From contig OZ244779.1 of NCBI GenBank assembly GCA_965219575.1, forward strand, positions 716,769 to 780,768: DNA of 64,000 bases. The letters are read 5' to 3'. This document shows, piece after piece, positions 30,999-40,530 of the stretch (position 1 is the stretch's first letter; each line of letters opens with the position of its first letter). Source of the DNA: Candidatus Oxydemutatoraceae bacterium. GTDB lineage: Bacteria; Pseudomonadota; Gammaproteobacteria; Poriferisulfidales; Oxydemutatoraceae. Made by a program: the position numbers and the translations under genes. Below the pieces are notes generated by a model that was given only the letters and a program-made list of their open reading frames with translations, was not told the DNA's origin and ran no database searches.

Positions 30999-31853
30999 AT
31001 GAAATTTTCCGTTATTATCCCGGTACGAAATAACCGTTCCGAGTTGATCGGCTTGCTACAGACGATTGAACGGCAAAGTTATGCAGAGCCTTTTGAAACA
31101 CTTATCGTCGATCAGTCGGATAACAAAGAAGCACCTATAGAGGTATCGCGTGGCCCTTGCCGATGGTTGCGTATGGAAGGTGCCGGCGCTTCCCGTTCGC
31201 GTAATTTGGCGATTAAACATGCAACCGGAGATTATTTGGTCTGGGTCGATGCTAATGCTCGTTTTAAGAAGCATACGCTGCATCGGCTAGATGGGATTAC
31301 CGAGGATAATCCGGATTGCGATGTGATTTGTGGCATTTGCCTTAATATAGAGGACGGCAAGCCTTATTCGCGTTATTCCGGCCCTGAACCCGAAGGTGTA
31401 AATTTTAGAAATTACGATTGCTGTTTGGCATCTGCAATGGCAATCAAGCGGACTGTCTTATCCGAGGTTGGTTTGTTGGATGAGCATTTGGGTACCGGGA
31501 CGCGTTATGGTAGTAGCGAAGAAACCGATTTAGTTTTGCGTATACTTGAACACGGTGGCAGGTTGCTCTATCAGCCACGCTACGAGGTGTTGCATCCGAG
31601 TCTCAAGCCGGAAGGAATGTCGCTGCATGCTTGGATACGCAAGCATTATCTTTACGGTATGGGACGCGGCGCAATGTTGCGAAAGTATCTACGCATTAAA
31701 CCGGCGTGGGCACTTAAAAACTTGGTACTCGCATTATCGAAGCCGGTAGCAGGAATTTTGATAGAAGTTCTACGACTGCAAGGACGACAGGCACTGCGTT
31801 ATACCGTATCGATTATCGGCAGGCTTCATGGTTTTGCATCTTATAAGCCGTAA
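30999..31853 (+). CDS. Glycosyltransferase family 2
   Basis: FSVIIP, IVDQS, SRNLAI, VGLLDE, EETDL; inserted antiparallel between aspS and nudB. Confidence 0.85.
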   Translation: MKFSVIIPVRNNRSELIGLLQTIERQSYAEPFETLIVDQSDNKEAPIEVSRGPCRWLRMEGAGASRSRNLAIKHATGDYLVWVDANARFKKHTLHRLDGITEDNPDCDVICGICLNIEDGKPYSRYSGPEPEGVNFRNYDCCLASAMAIKRTVLSEVGLLDEHLGTGTRYGSSEETDLVLRILEHGGRLLYQPRYEVLHPSLKPEGMSLHAWIRKHYLYGMGRGAMLRKYLRIKPAWALKNLVLALSKPVAGILIEVLRLQGRQALRYTVSIIGRLHGFASYKP

Positions 31854-31874
31854 GTACCGAACCCGGTATGTTAA

Positions 31875-31926
31875 GGTTCTGCACAAGGTCACGCCGATTG
31901 ACCTACCGGCTCAATCGGCGGTTCTA
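31875..31926. repeat. Hairpin repeat copy overlapping the aspS stop codon
   Basis: ggttctgcacaaggtcac-gccgattga-cctaccggc-tcaatcggc-ggttcta. Confidence 0.9.
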
Positions 31927-33686
31927 TTGCCGAGTTTTAGGTGAAGTTCTTTTAATTGAGTCTCGCCAACCGAAGTGGGCGCATCGGTCAACGGACACGA
32001 TGCGCTCTGGGTTTTCGGGAACGCAATCACATCACGGATTGAGGTGCTATCGCTCATCAGCATCGCAATACGGTCTAAGCCGAAGGCGATACCGCCGTGC
32101 GGCGGGCAGCCGTAGTTTAGTGCTTGCAGGAAAAAGCCGAATTTCTCTTCGGCTTCGGCTTCGTCAATACCCAAAACCTTGAACACCTTGCGCTGTGTGG
32201 ATTGTTCGTGTATGCGTATAGAACCTCCGCCTAATTCTATACCGTTTATCACTACATCGTAGGCACGCGACAAGCAATCGCCGGGGTTCTCCAGCAAGCT
32301 ATCCGAGTTCGTCGCCGGGGCAGTGAAAGGATGATGCACGGAATCCCATCGTTTAGCCTGATAGTTGTATTCAAACATCGGAAAATCAATAATCCACAAC
32401 GGTTTCCATTTAGGCTCTTTAGCTACGAGGTCAAGGTCGTGGGCAATCCGCACGCGTAGCGCAGCCAGCGAATCGTTGACTATGTTTTTATGTCCGGCAC
32501 CGAAGAATATCAAATCTCCGTCGTGGGCTTGTGTTCGTTCGATAATTTGCGCAACCACCTCGTCGGAAAGGAATTTCAGTATAGGAGATTGCAAGCCTGC
32601 TCTGCCCGATGCGATGGACTCACATTTAATGTAAGCGAGTCCTTTGGCACCGAAGCGTGCGACATACTCGGTGTAATCGTCTATTTGTTTGCGGCTTAGG
32701 CGACCTCCCTGCGGGATTTTTAACGCCGCAACGCGTCCTGCTCGATCCTCGGCAGGTTTGGAGAACACTTTGAATTCCACACCGCGCATCAAATCCGTCA
32801 ACTCACTGAGTTCCAACGAAATACGCAGATCGGGACGGTCGCAACCGTAGCGAGCCATTGCGTCGGCATACGACATGCGCGGAAAATCGGCGAGTTCTAC
32901 ATCCAGCACACAACGGTATAGGTCTTTTAGCATCTGCTCTATCAGTTCAATAATAGAGGTTTCATCCATGAACGAAGTTTCTATATCAAGCTGGCTGAAT
33001 TCGGGTTGGCGGTCGGCGCGCAAGTCCTCGTCGCGAAAACAACGCGGCATCTGGTAATAGCGGTCTAAACCACCCATCATCAATAACTGCTTGAATAATT
33101 GAGGAGATTGCGGTAGCGCATAAAAACTCTTGGGATGGACGCGGCTCGGAACCAAATAATCGCGTGCGCCTTCGGGTGTGGCACGCGTTAGCATCGGTGT
33201 TTCAATTTCTATAAAACCGTGTCGGTCTAAAAATACTCGCAGTGTTTTCAAAATCTTGGCACGCATTTTCAAATTTTCAAGCATTTGTGGGCGTCGCAAG
33301 TCCACATAACGATAGCGCAGGCGTATTTCATCGTTGACATCCCGGTCTTCCAGCTGAAACGGTGGTGTATCGGCTTCGTTGAGAATGATCAAAGACTCGC
33401 ATAGCAACTCAACCTTTCCGCTTTTGAGGTCGGGGTTCTCGGTTTCTTCAGGGCGCGCTCGCAACACCCCCTTTGCTTGTAACACGAACTCGTTGCGCAC
33501 CTTTTCGGCAATCGCAAATACTTCGGAATTAGAGGGGTCGGCAACTAATTGCAATAGGCCCTCGCGGTCGCGTAAATCTATAAATATCACGCCACCGTGA
33601 TCGCGGCGACGATTGACCCAGCCGCAAACACTGATCTCTTCACCGATTGAATGTTGGTCGATTTCTCCGCAATAATGACTTCGCAT
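31911..33686 (-). CDS. aspS: Aspartate--tRNA ligase
   Basis: MRSHYCG start, RRRDHGGVIFIDLRDR, PEGARDYLVPSR, PPHGGIAFGLDR. Confidence 0.98.
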   Translation of the reverse strand: MRSHYCGEIDQHSIGEEISVCGWVNRRRDHGGVIFIDLRDREGLLQLVADPSNSEVFAIAEKVRNEFVLQAKGVLRARPEETENPDLKSGKVELLCESLIILNEADTPPFQLEDRDVNDEIRLRYRYVDLRRPQMLENLKMRAKILKTLRVFLDRHGFIEIETPMLTRATPEGARDYLVPSRVHPKSFYALPQSPQLFKQLLMMGGLDRYYQMPRCFRDEDLRADRQPEFSQLDIETSFMDETSIIELIEQMLKDLYRCVLDVELADFPRMSYADAMARYGCDRPDLRISLELSELTDLMRGVEFKVFSKPAEDRAGRVAALKIPQGGRLSRKQIDDYTEYVARFGAKGLAYIKCESIASGRAGLQSPILKFLSDEVVAQIIERTQAHDGDLIFFGAGHKNIVNDSLAALRVRIAHDLDLVAKEPKWKPLWIIDFPMFEYNYQAKRWDSVHHPFTAPATNSDSLLENPGDCLSRAYDVVINGIELGGGSIRIHEQSTQRKVFKVLGIDEAEAEEKFGFFLQALNYGCPPHGGIAFGLDRIAMLMSDSTSIRDVIAFPKTQSASCPLTDAPTSVGETQLKELHLKLGNRTAD

Positions 33687-33702
33687 CGTTAATTGAGTCG
33701 TA

Positions 33703-34044
33703 TTAGGTTGAGGTCTTAGCCGACTGAGTGGTCTGTGGTTTAGGCGTGCTATTCTTGGCATTCGCAGTTTTATTCGGTGTGCCGTCGGTCTTTTTAGAGG
33801 CATCTTTAGCTTTACTCGTATCAGCCTTAGGTTCTTGAGTTTTTGCTAAATTACGCTGATTTTTGGTCTTGAAATCGGTTTCATACCAACCTTGACCTGC
33901 CAACCTAAAACTTGCCGCCGAGACAAGTTTTTTTAATGTGTCTTTGTGGCACGCCGGACATTTGCGCAAAGGTTGGTCCGATATTTGTTGCAATACCTCT
34001 AGACGTTCCTCGCAAGACTCGCAGATATATTCGTAAATCGGCAT
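33703..34044 (-). CDS. FmdB-family zinc ribbon protein
   Basis: MPIYEYICESC..CPAC..FRLAGQGWYETDF; usual neighbour upstream of aspS. Confidence 0.9.
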   Translation of the reverse strand: MPIYEYICESCEERLEVLQQISDQPLRKCPACHKDTLKKLVSAASFRLAGQGWYETDFKTKNQRNLAKTQEPKADTSKAKDASKKTDGTPNKTANAKNSTPKPQTTQSAKTST

Positions 34045-34239
34045 CAGAGATATCCCCTTGGTTTTAGTAAGTTCATAATCGTAGATAGAAAACGCCATTA
34101 TAGCCGAGTTTCGGCTTATAGGGGAGAGCTAACATTTCCTCCCGGATTATTATTTTCATACATACCCAACCGTTTGAGGCAATAGGTTAATCGGTGGTTT
34201 TGTTGACTTTATATCTATTTTGTCGGACAATTTAGATAT

Positions 34240-35415
34240 ATGTTCCAAAGATTACTTAAATGTTCAAAAAATAAAAGTTTTTTCCTCTTCGGGGCAAGGG
34301 CTACGGGAAAGTCGAGCTATCTGGAGAGTTTCTGGAGCAGAGGCTTTAGAGGCAAACATAGCCTTCTGTGGATTGACCTGCTTGAACCTGAGAGAGAGCG
34401 CACACTATCCCTTAATCCGTCTGCTTTAGAACAAGAGATTGAAGCCCTGAAAGAAAAGCCTCGTTTCGTAGTGATTGACGAAATTCAAAAGGTTCCCAAA
34501 CTATTGGATGTAGTCCATCGTCTTATAGCAAAAAAGAAGTTAAATTTCGCTTTGACCGGGTCGAGTGCCAGAAAACTAAAATCGGGTGGAGCCAATTTGC
34601 TTGCCGGACGAGCTTTTCTATACAAGCTCTATCCTTTAACCTTTTTAGAATTAGGTGAAAAGTTCGACCTCCATGAAGTACTACAAAGAGGAAGTCTGCC
34701 CGAGATTTTCAATCTAAAAGATGAAAAGGAAAAAAATCGCTACTTAAATTCTTATGTGCAGGTTTATTTGAAAGAAGAGATTATTTATGAACAGATTATC
34801 AGGAATATCCAACCGTTTAGATTTTTTCTGGATGTGGCAGGTCAATGCAACGGGATGATTCTTAATTACTCCAGAATTGCCGCAGAAGCCGGCATCGATT
34901 ATAAGAGTTGCCAACGATACTTTGAGATATTGGAAGATACCTTTTTAGGCTTTCATCTATACCCTTACGCCAAATCAATTAGAAAAAGGCAAATCAAAAG
35001 CCCCAAGTTTTACCTCTTTGATGTGGGCGTAGCTAGAGCCTTGTCGGGGTTGCTCGCCGAAACCATAACACCTTCAAACTATGCTTTCGGTAATGCTTTT
35101 GAACATTTGGTTATTTCCGAAGCGTATAGGATTAACGAGTACTCCGAAAGCGGATATAAGTTTTCTTATTTCCGCTCTAAAGACGGCGTGGAGATCGACC
35201 TTATCCTTGAAAGAGGGAAAGAAGTTATACTCGTTGAGATCAAATCAAAAAACAAAGTTTTAAGCCATGACCTTAAAAGTCTTAAATCGGTGAGAGAAGC
35301 GATAAACTCTAAAAAGGAGTATGTGCTTTGCTTGGAAAAACGAGCTAGAAAAGTAGACGGTATAGAAATTATTCATTGGCAAGACGGCATAAAAAACATT
35401 TTCGACCAACCGTAG
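34240..35415 (+). CDS. AAA_14 ATPase with C-terminal DUF4143 / PD-(D/E)xK-like domain
   Basis: GARATGKS, IDEIQK, LTGSSARKL, PKFYLFDVG, EIDLIL..VEIKS. Confidence 0.85.
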   Translation: MFQRLLKCSKNKSFFLFGARATGKSSYLESFWSRGFRGKHSLLWIDLLEPERERTLSLNPSALEQEIEALKEKPRFVVIDEIQKVPKLLDVVHRLIAKKKLNFALTGSSARKLKSGGANLLAGRAFLYKLYPLTFLELGEKFDLHEVLQRGSLPEIFNLKDEKEKNRYLNSYVQVYLKEEIIYEQIIRNIQPFRFFLDVAGQCNGMILNYSRIAAEAGIDYKSCQRYFEILEDTFLGFHLYPYAKSIRKRQIKSPKFYLFDVGVARALSGLLAETITPSNYAFGNAFEHLVISEAYRINEYSESGYKFSYFRSKDGVEIDLILERGKEVILVEIKSKNKVLSHDLKSLKSVREAINSKKEYVLCLEKRARKVDGIEIIHWQDGIKNIFDQP

Positions 35416-35423
35416 GGGTAGTT

Positions 35424-35471
35424 ATTCCCCTCCTGTGGAGGGGTGGCAGGCGAAGCCTGACGGGGTGGTTG
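35424..35471. repeat. GC-rich palindromic element (CCCCTCC..GGAGGGG type)
   Basis: ttcccctcc-tgt-ggagggg-tggcagg-cgaagcctg-acggggtggtt: two adjacent hairpins just after the ATPase stop. Confidence 0.6.
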
Positions 35472-35806
35472 ACAAGTGCTCTGTGCCACATGATTACTAA
35501 AACCACCCGTCTGATCTTGCACAACCCCAATCGCCTCGTACCACACAATTACGAAGATCATGATTTCCATAAAAATTCATGGTTATGCACGCTAACCATA
35601 TCTCCACAATAGTCGCAAGCGGATATTGTATTTTGTGATGTATGCGTTATTTAATGATTGAAGTTAAGCACAAAATTACCCCACTTATGCAGACATGCTA
35701 CTTTTCGAGTGTAAGCGCAAAGTAGTAATGTCACCTTTCGCCAAAGTAGAAATGTCACCTTTAGGGGACAATAAAGCATTTTTAACCCAGCTTAGGAGAA
35801 GATGCA

Positions 35807-37117
35807 ATGAACGAAGGAACTTACTCTATGTCAGACAAAGAAATAGAACGCCACCATGTCCTCAAGCGATGCTTGGAGGAAAAATTACCGAGAGCCAAGG
35901 CCGCACAGATGCTCAACATCAGCGTCCGCCATGTGAAGCGATTATTAAGTGCCTATCGCAAGCAAGATATCAAGGCACTGATATCTAAACGACGCGGTAA
36001 GCCTTCAAACAATAAAATACCGGAGACAATCAAACAACTAGCCGTTAAGCTCATTCGTGAGAACTATCACGATTTCGGACCGACTTTTGCACATGAGCAG
36101 TTGTTTGAATGTCATGGGCATTTATTTGACCGCTCATTCAGCGTTGAAACCTTGCGCAAGTGGATGATTGCAGAGGGGCTACACCAGGGTAAGCGACGCA
36201 ATGCAATCAAAACGCATCAAAGCCGTCCCAGACAAACTGGCTTCGGCAAACTCATACAGATTGACGGTTCGACCCACGATTGGTTTGAAGGGCGAGGCGA
36301 CCCCTGCACGCTCATTATATTTATTGACGATGCCACCTCACAGATTACCGCATTGCATTTCTGTGCTGCCGAGACCACCTTTGATTATATGCGAACACTC
36401 AAACAGCATATCCAACGCCATGGCTGCCCGTTGTGCCTGTATTCCGACCGCCATAGCATCTTTAGCAACAATGCCAAAGAGCAACACATCTTTCAACAAC
36501 CGACCCAGTTCCAAAGTGCTTTGCAACAAATGGAAATTGAACTATGCCTGGCACGCACACCGCAAGCTAAAGGACGCGTTGAACGCGCATTCAAAACCCT
36601 GCAAGACCGATGGGTCAAACTCATGAGGCTTCACAACATCTGCTCTATTGAGGAAGCTAACCAGTTTGCTCAATGGTATCTCCCAAAACACAATCAGCAG
36701 TTCGCCACGAAGCCTCTAGACAGCCACGACTATCATCGCAAAATGCCTCTCACCCAGCGAGAATTAGCACTGGCTTTGTCTAAACAGAGTACTAGAAAGT
36801 TATCGAAAAACCTCATCTGTCAGCATCATAATATACAGTATCTTATCAAAACCAAGAAACCCGGTTATGCGATGCGTGGCGCATCGGTCACCGTGTGCGA
36901 GCTACTCAATGGCGAGATTGTCATACTCTACAAAGGGCGGGAGTTGGCGCATGATATCTACTGCGAACACCCCCCACTGTCTCAACCGTACAACGACAAA
37001 ACAATCAATCTAGCGGTAGATGAGATTGTGGCAAAACACCGTCGCGGTCATAAGCCGAAGCCGACCCACCCGTGGAGACGCTACAATAAGGATTATCTCA
37101 GTGCCAAGCAGAAGTAA
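35807..37117 (+). CDS. DDE transposase (IS1202/ISNCY type)
   Basis: HTH N-terminus, YHDFGPTFAHE, IQIDGSTHDWFEGR, YSDRHSIF, PQAKGRVERAFKTLQDR, C-terminal HPWR. Confidence 0.93.
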   Translation: MNEGTYSMSDKEIERHHVLKRCLEEKLPRAKAAQMLNISVRHVKRLLSAYRKQDIKALISKRRGKPSNNKIPETIKQLAVKLIRENYHDFGPTFAHEQLFECHGHLFDRSFSVETLRKWMIAEGLHQGKRRNAIKTHQSRPRQTGFGKLIQIDGSTHDWFEGRGDPCTLIIFIDDATSQITALHFCAAETTFDYMRTLKQHIQRHGCPLCLYSDRHSIFSNNAKEQHIFQQPTQFQSALQQMEIELCLARTPQAKGRVERAFKTLQDRWVKLMRLHNICSIEEANQFAQWYLPKHNQQFATKPLDSHDYHRKMPLTQRELALALSKQSTRKLSKNLICQHHNIQYLIKTKKPGYAMRGASVTVCELLNGEIVILYKGRELAHDIYCEHPPLSQPYNDKTINLAVDEIVAKHRRGHKPKPTHPWRRYNKDYLSAKQK

Positions 37118-37213
37118 TCAGAACCGGTGTTTTCCCAGACTTACGCACAGGCTGTCTAACATGCCTGTGCCACTGCAAACGCATCATTCGTCAAACCACG
37201 AGATAGCAACCGA

Positions 37214-37480
37214 GCACCACACACGCTCTAAAATGCTTGGGAATTGGAAGGTAGTAGAGTTCATCTCAACTAGAGATCGTCTCTTAACGGCACGCTATAG
37301 AGCTTGTTTTTTAGTCGGCAAGCCTGATTTAGGCAAAAACAAGCACTGGCACCGCATACGCTCTAAAATGCTTGGAAATTGGAAGGTAGTAGAGTTCATC
37401 TCAACTAGAGATCGTCTCTTAACGGCACGCTATGGGGCTTGTTTTTTAGTCGGCAAGCCTGATTTAGGCAAAAACAAGCA
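37214..37480. repeat. Two near-identical ~132-bp units (period 135 bp) inside the IS right arm
   Basis: Units 37214-37345 and 37349-37480, each ending in the hairpin gcttgttttt..aaaaacaagc. Confidence 0.93.
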
Positions 37481-37781
37481 GTATTAGCCAATTTATCACC
37501 TAGTCGAATAATCAACTAACGGACATAAAGTAATCTTAGATATCTAGTTTCCTGAAGGTTTTATCGGCATCAAGGGTGACATTTCTACTTTGGTCAAGGG
37601 GGTGACATTTCTACTTTGGGTTGACACATGCTACTTTTCGAGGAGGAATATTAGCCCCCCCCTGCCAGTGATCCTAAAAATGGGCTAAGGTCAGTGCAAC
37701 TGCAACGAACGGCGATTCTCTTTTCATTGGCTCTATGTTAAGATAGCATAAAATTAAACTTTTAACTAGGAGTAAACAGAG

Positions 37782-38003
37782 ATGTCAGAAATAGCCTTAT
37801 ATAACACACTAACTAAATTAGGTGTGGAGCTGGATGAAGCCGAACGAGCCGTTGCCGATATAGCGAACACCGGTGATTTGGCAACAAAGGCAGAGTTAAA
37901 GGCAGAAGTGGCGAAGATAGAGACGGAGCTTAAGTATATGCGGTGGGTGCTAGGTCTAATCTTCGTTATGAATATCGCTATACTGATAAAATTGTTTTTT
38001 TAG
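37782..38003 (+). CDS. Small coiled-coil membrane-anchored protein, paralog of 4476-4829
   Basis: SEIALY..LTKLG...DEA..AVAD.A...D.ATK and ELKY.RW shared with the paralog; similar AGGAGTAAA leader. Confidence 0.75.
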   Translation: MSEIALYNTLTKLGVELDEAERAVADIANTGDLATKAELKAEVAKIETELKYMRWVLGLIFVMNIAILIKLFF

Positions 38004-38083
38004 TTTTTATTTCAAGGGAACATACCCCTCAGTCCTTGGGTTCAAATTACTTACTTGGTTTTATAAAATAAAAAAGCCGGCTT

Positions 38084-39016
38084 TTGTCGATGTTATTAGC
38101 CATTCGTCATTACTTGGAAAGCCATCGCTTGGCATTGCGTCAGACGGTGCAAAACCTAAAAGCAAGTCCTTTGCTGACCGCATTATCGGTTGCGTTGATC
38201 ACTATTGCGTTGTCGTTGCCGGGGATTTTGTTGGTGATATTACAAAATACTCAGGGGATCGTCTCGGATTTAGAGCGTCCTGCTTCCGTATCGGCGTATA
38301 TTGCGCCGCGTACTTCGGATGCGACTATAGCGGAATTGACTAGTCAAATATCGGCAATGGAGAGCGTTGCGCAGGTGCAGCTCATCAGTGCCGAGGAGTC
38401 GTTGGATTATTTCAAAAACCAATACGGCATGGAACAGAGTTTGGTGTTATTCGATGAAAATCCTTTTCCTGCGGTTATTGAAATATCGGCAAAATTAGAA
38501 CATAGCCGTGGCATTGCCTTGGACACACTACTTTTTAATCTTGAACAACAAAGATATATAGAAAGAGTAGAAACGAACGTTGTATGGCTCGAGCGTATGG
38601 ATGCGCTGGTTGCTTTTATCGGCACTTCTGTTTGGTTATTGGCAATTTTGTTTGCAAGTGCCGCAATATTGATGATTTCTACGCTGATGCTAACGGAAAT
38701 AACGAGACGATTAGATGAAATAAAGATTCTCAGGTTATTGGGGGCAACCGCAATGTTTATCAGACGCCCTTTTCTCTATACGGCTTGGGCTTACGGCTTA
38801 TTGGGTGGTTTCGGGGCTACGCTTGTCATCGCTATCGTATGTACTTTGGTGCATGCAAAACTACAAGAACTGATTACGCTTTATTACGGAGGGAGTCTGG
38901 CGGGCTTAAATTATCTTATAATAGGTGTGGCAACTTTAGGTGTTGCCGTTACGATATGTCTGTCGGGTACGGGAATCGCACTGGTCAGACAGAGAAGGAA
39001 GTTATTAGACGGTTAG
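38084..39016 (+). CDS. ftsX: Cell division permease-like protein FtsX
   Basis: N-terminal TM, periplasmic domain with ENPFPA, EIKILRLLGATAMFIRRPFLY. Confidence 0.88.
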   Translation: MSMLLAIRHYLESHRLALRQTVQNLKASPLLTALSVALITIALSLPGILLVILQNTQGIVSDLERPASVSAYIAPRTSDATIAELTSQISAMESVAQVQLISAEESLDYFKNQYGMEQSLVLFDENPFPAVIEISAKLEHSRGIALDTLLFNLEQQRYIERVETNVVWLERMDALVAFIGTSVWLLAILFASAAILMISTLMLTEITRRLDEIKILRLLGATAMFIRRPFLYTAWAYGLLGGFGATLVIAIVCTLVHAKLQELITLYYGGSLAGLNYLIIGVATLGVAVTICLSGTGIALVRQRRKLLDG

Positions 39017-39021
39017 CAATA

Positions 39022-39510
39022 ATGAAAAAGGCAATACTCATTTTTACTTTCGCCATCTTATCAACGATAGGAGGATCGGTGTCTGCACAAAACGAGGTCA
39101 ATGCGATTTGGGTAAAGAAATCGGAGCGTAAACTGCATTTGTTGACAAATTGGACAATCACCCACACATTTGCAATTTCACTGGGACAAAACCCGATAGG
39201 GCATAAGCAAAAATCGGGAGATCTTCGCACCCCCGAAGGACTTTATTATATAGATCGGCGTAATCCCGATAGTCGCTTTTTCCGTTCGCTCGGCATTTCT
39301 TTTCCGAATGACACCGACAGTTTTTTTGCCCGACTTAGAGGCGAAGACCCGGGCGGTGATATTATGATACACGGAGAACCTAACGACCCGATCAAAAGGA
39401 GAAATCTCGCAGACGACTGGACCGAGGGATGCATCGCTATGAAGGATGAAGATATGCAGATAGTTTGGCAGCTTGTAAAGGAAGGCACTCCGATATTGAT
39501 AATGCCTTGA
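39022..39510 (+). CDS. L,D-transpeptidase (YkuD) family protein
   Basis: Signal peptide, VKKSERKL, GDLRTPEGLY, IMIHG, WTEGCIA; start moved to MKKAIL. Confidence 0.9.
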   Translation: MKKAILIFTFAILSTIGGSVSAQNEVNAIWVKKSERKLHLLTNWTITHTFAISLGQNPIGHKQKSGDLRTPEGLYYIDRRNPDSRFFRSLGISFPNDTDSFFARLRGEDPGGDIMIHGEPNDPIKRRNLADDWTEGCIAMKDEDMQIVWQLVKEGTPILIMP

Positions 39511-39591
39511 GGGTTGTTGACACTTTTAAGCAACCACTGCCGTTATAATAGTATTATGAACAAGATCTTAGAAAAGGAGGAATAAATAGCA

Positions 39592-39984
39592 ATGACTAAA
39601 AGAACATTTCTTGAACTTTATGCCTTTGCGGTTTGCTTTATCAATGTGCTGATAGGTAGCGTCGCCCTCGGGATTCTTATTTATGCTATGACGAGCATAG
39701 CCGCACCCGAGTTGACCTTGGCTAGTTGGGAACATTCAAAATACCAAAGTAACGACGAATTTATCGCAACTCGTCCGGATACCGAAAGTTTTGCCGACAA
39801 ATTAAAAAATATGTCGGAGCAAGAGATCACGCAAGCACGTGAAGCGGCGTATCGCATTGCACTCAAAGGAGAACAAAGAGAAGGCTTGCAGGACATCGTG
39901 CAGTATTCCATTGTTTTGTTGATTCAGGTCATCTTGTTTATTGTGCATTGGAGATTGATAAAAAGAAAAAGTCTGTCCGGCTAG
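39592..39984 (+). CDS. Hypothetical membrane protein (two TM helices)
   Basis: Strong AGGAGG RBS; hydrophobic N- and C-terminal helices, ends ..FIVHWRL. Confidence 0.75.
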   Translation: MTKRTFLELYAFAVCFINVLIGSVALGILIYAMTSIAAPELTLASWEHSKYQSNDEFIATRPDTESFADKLKNMSEQEITQAREAAYRIALKGEQREGLQDIVQYSIVLLIQVILFIVHWRLIKRKSLSG

Positions 39985-40002
39985 AGTTTTCTACTGCACA
40001 GA

Positions 40003-40530
40003 ATGGATGTTTCCACCGATACCGCCCGACAAGCATTATTGAAAAATTACCACTATAAATGGCTCGGGGTTGTCTTATTCATCGTATTGTTAGATCAAAT
40101 CAGCAAAGGGTTTGCGGAGTCGTGGCTACTCCAAGGTCAGCCTTATCCTGTTATGCCGTCGTTTAATTTGACTTTGTGGTACAACACCGGTGCCGCTTTT
40201 AGTTTGCTCAGCGAGGCGGGTGGATGGCAACGATGGTTTTTCGTTGTAGTGACGGTGGTCGTATGCGGTATTCTTTGGTCTCTACTCAAAAAGTTGAAAC
40301 CCGGAGAGCCGGGTGCGGTTATGTCGGCTATCGGCATAGTGATGATAATGGGAGGTGCGTTGGGTAATTTGGTCGATCGTTTGTTCAGAGGCGCGGTTGT
40401 CGATTTTCTAGATGTTTATTATCGGTCGTATCATTGGCCGACATTTAACATAGCGGATATAGGCATCACCGTCGGTGCGCTGATGATTATAATCGTAGCC
40501 CTTTGCGATAAGGCTCCGAATAAGCAATGA
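40003..40530 (+). CDS. lspA: Lipoprotein signal peptidase
   Basis: [34 protein letters not shown]. Confidence 0.96.
   Translation: MDVSTDTARQALLKNYHYKWLGVVLFIVLLDQISKGFAESWLLQGQPYPVMPSFNLTLWYNTGAAFSLLSEAGGWQRWFFVVVTVVVCGILWSLLKKLKPGEPGAVMSAIGIVMIMGGALGNLVDRLFRGAVVDFLDVYYRSYHWPTFNIADIGITVGALMIIIVALCDKAPNKQ

Larger units (their letters stand above)
35710..37626 (+). mobile_element. Complete insertion sequence, IS1202 family (ISNCY-type DDE), with 16-bp target site duplication
   Basis: Ends TGT..ACA with repeated subterminal CAAAGTAG(A/T)AATGTCACC motifs inverted at both ends; direct repeat catgctacttttcgag at 35694-35709 and 37627-37642. Confidence 0.9.

Noticed and set aside
17448-31926. Hairpin repeats considered as integron attC sites for the sulfotransferase/GT genes
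   Set aside because: No RYYYAAC/GTTRRRY boxes, no integrase in the window, and most inserted genes lack an adjacent repeat.
37214-37480. Direct repeats considered as a CRISPR array; ORF 37020-37487 considered as a gene
   Set aside because: Only two long contiguous units with no spacers and no cas genes. The ORF overlaps the transposase and is open largely because the period (135) is a multiple of 3.
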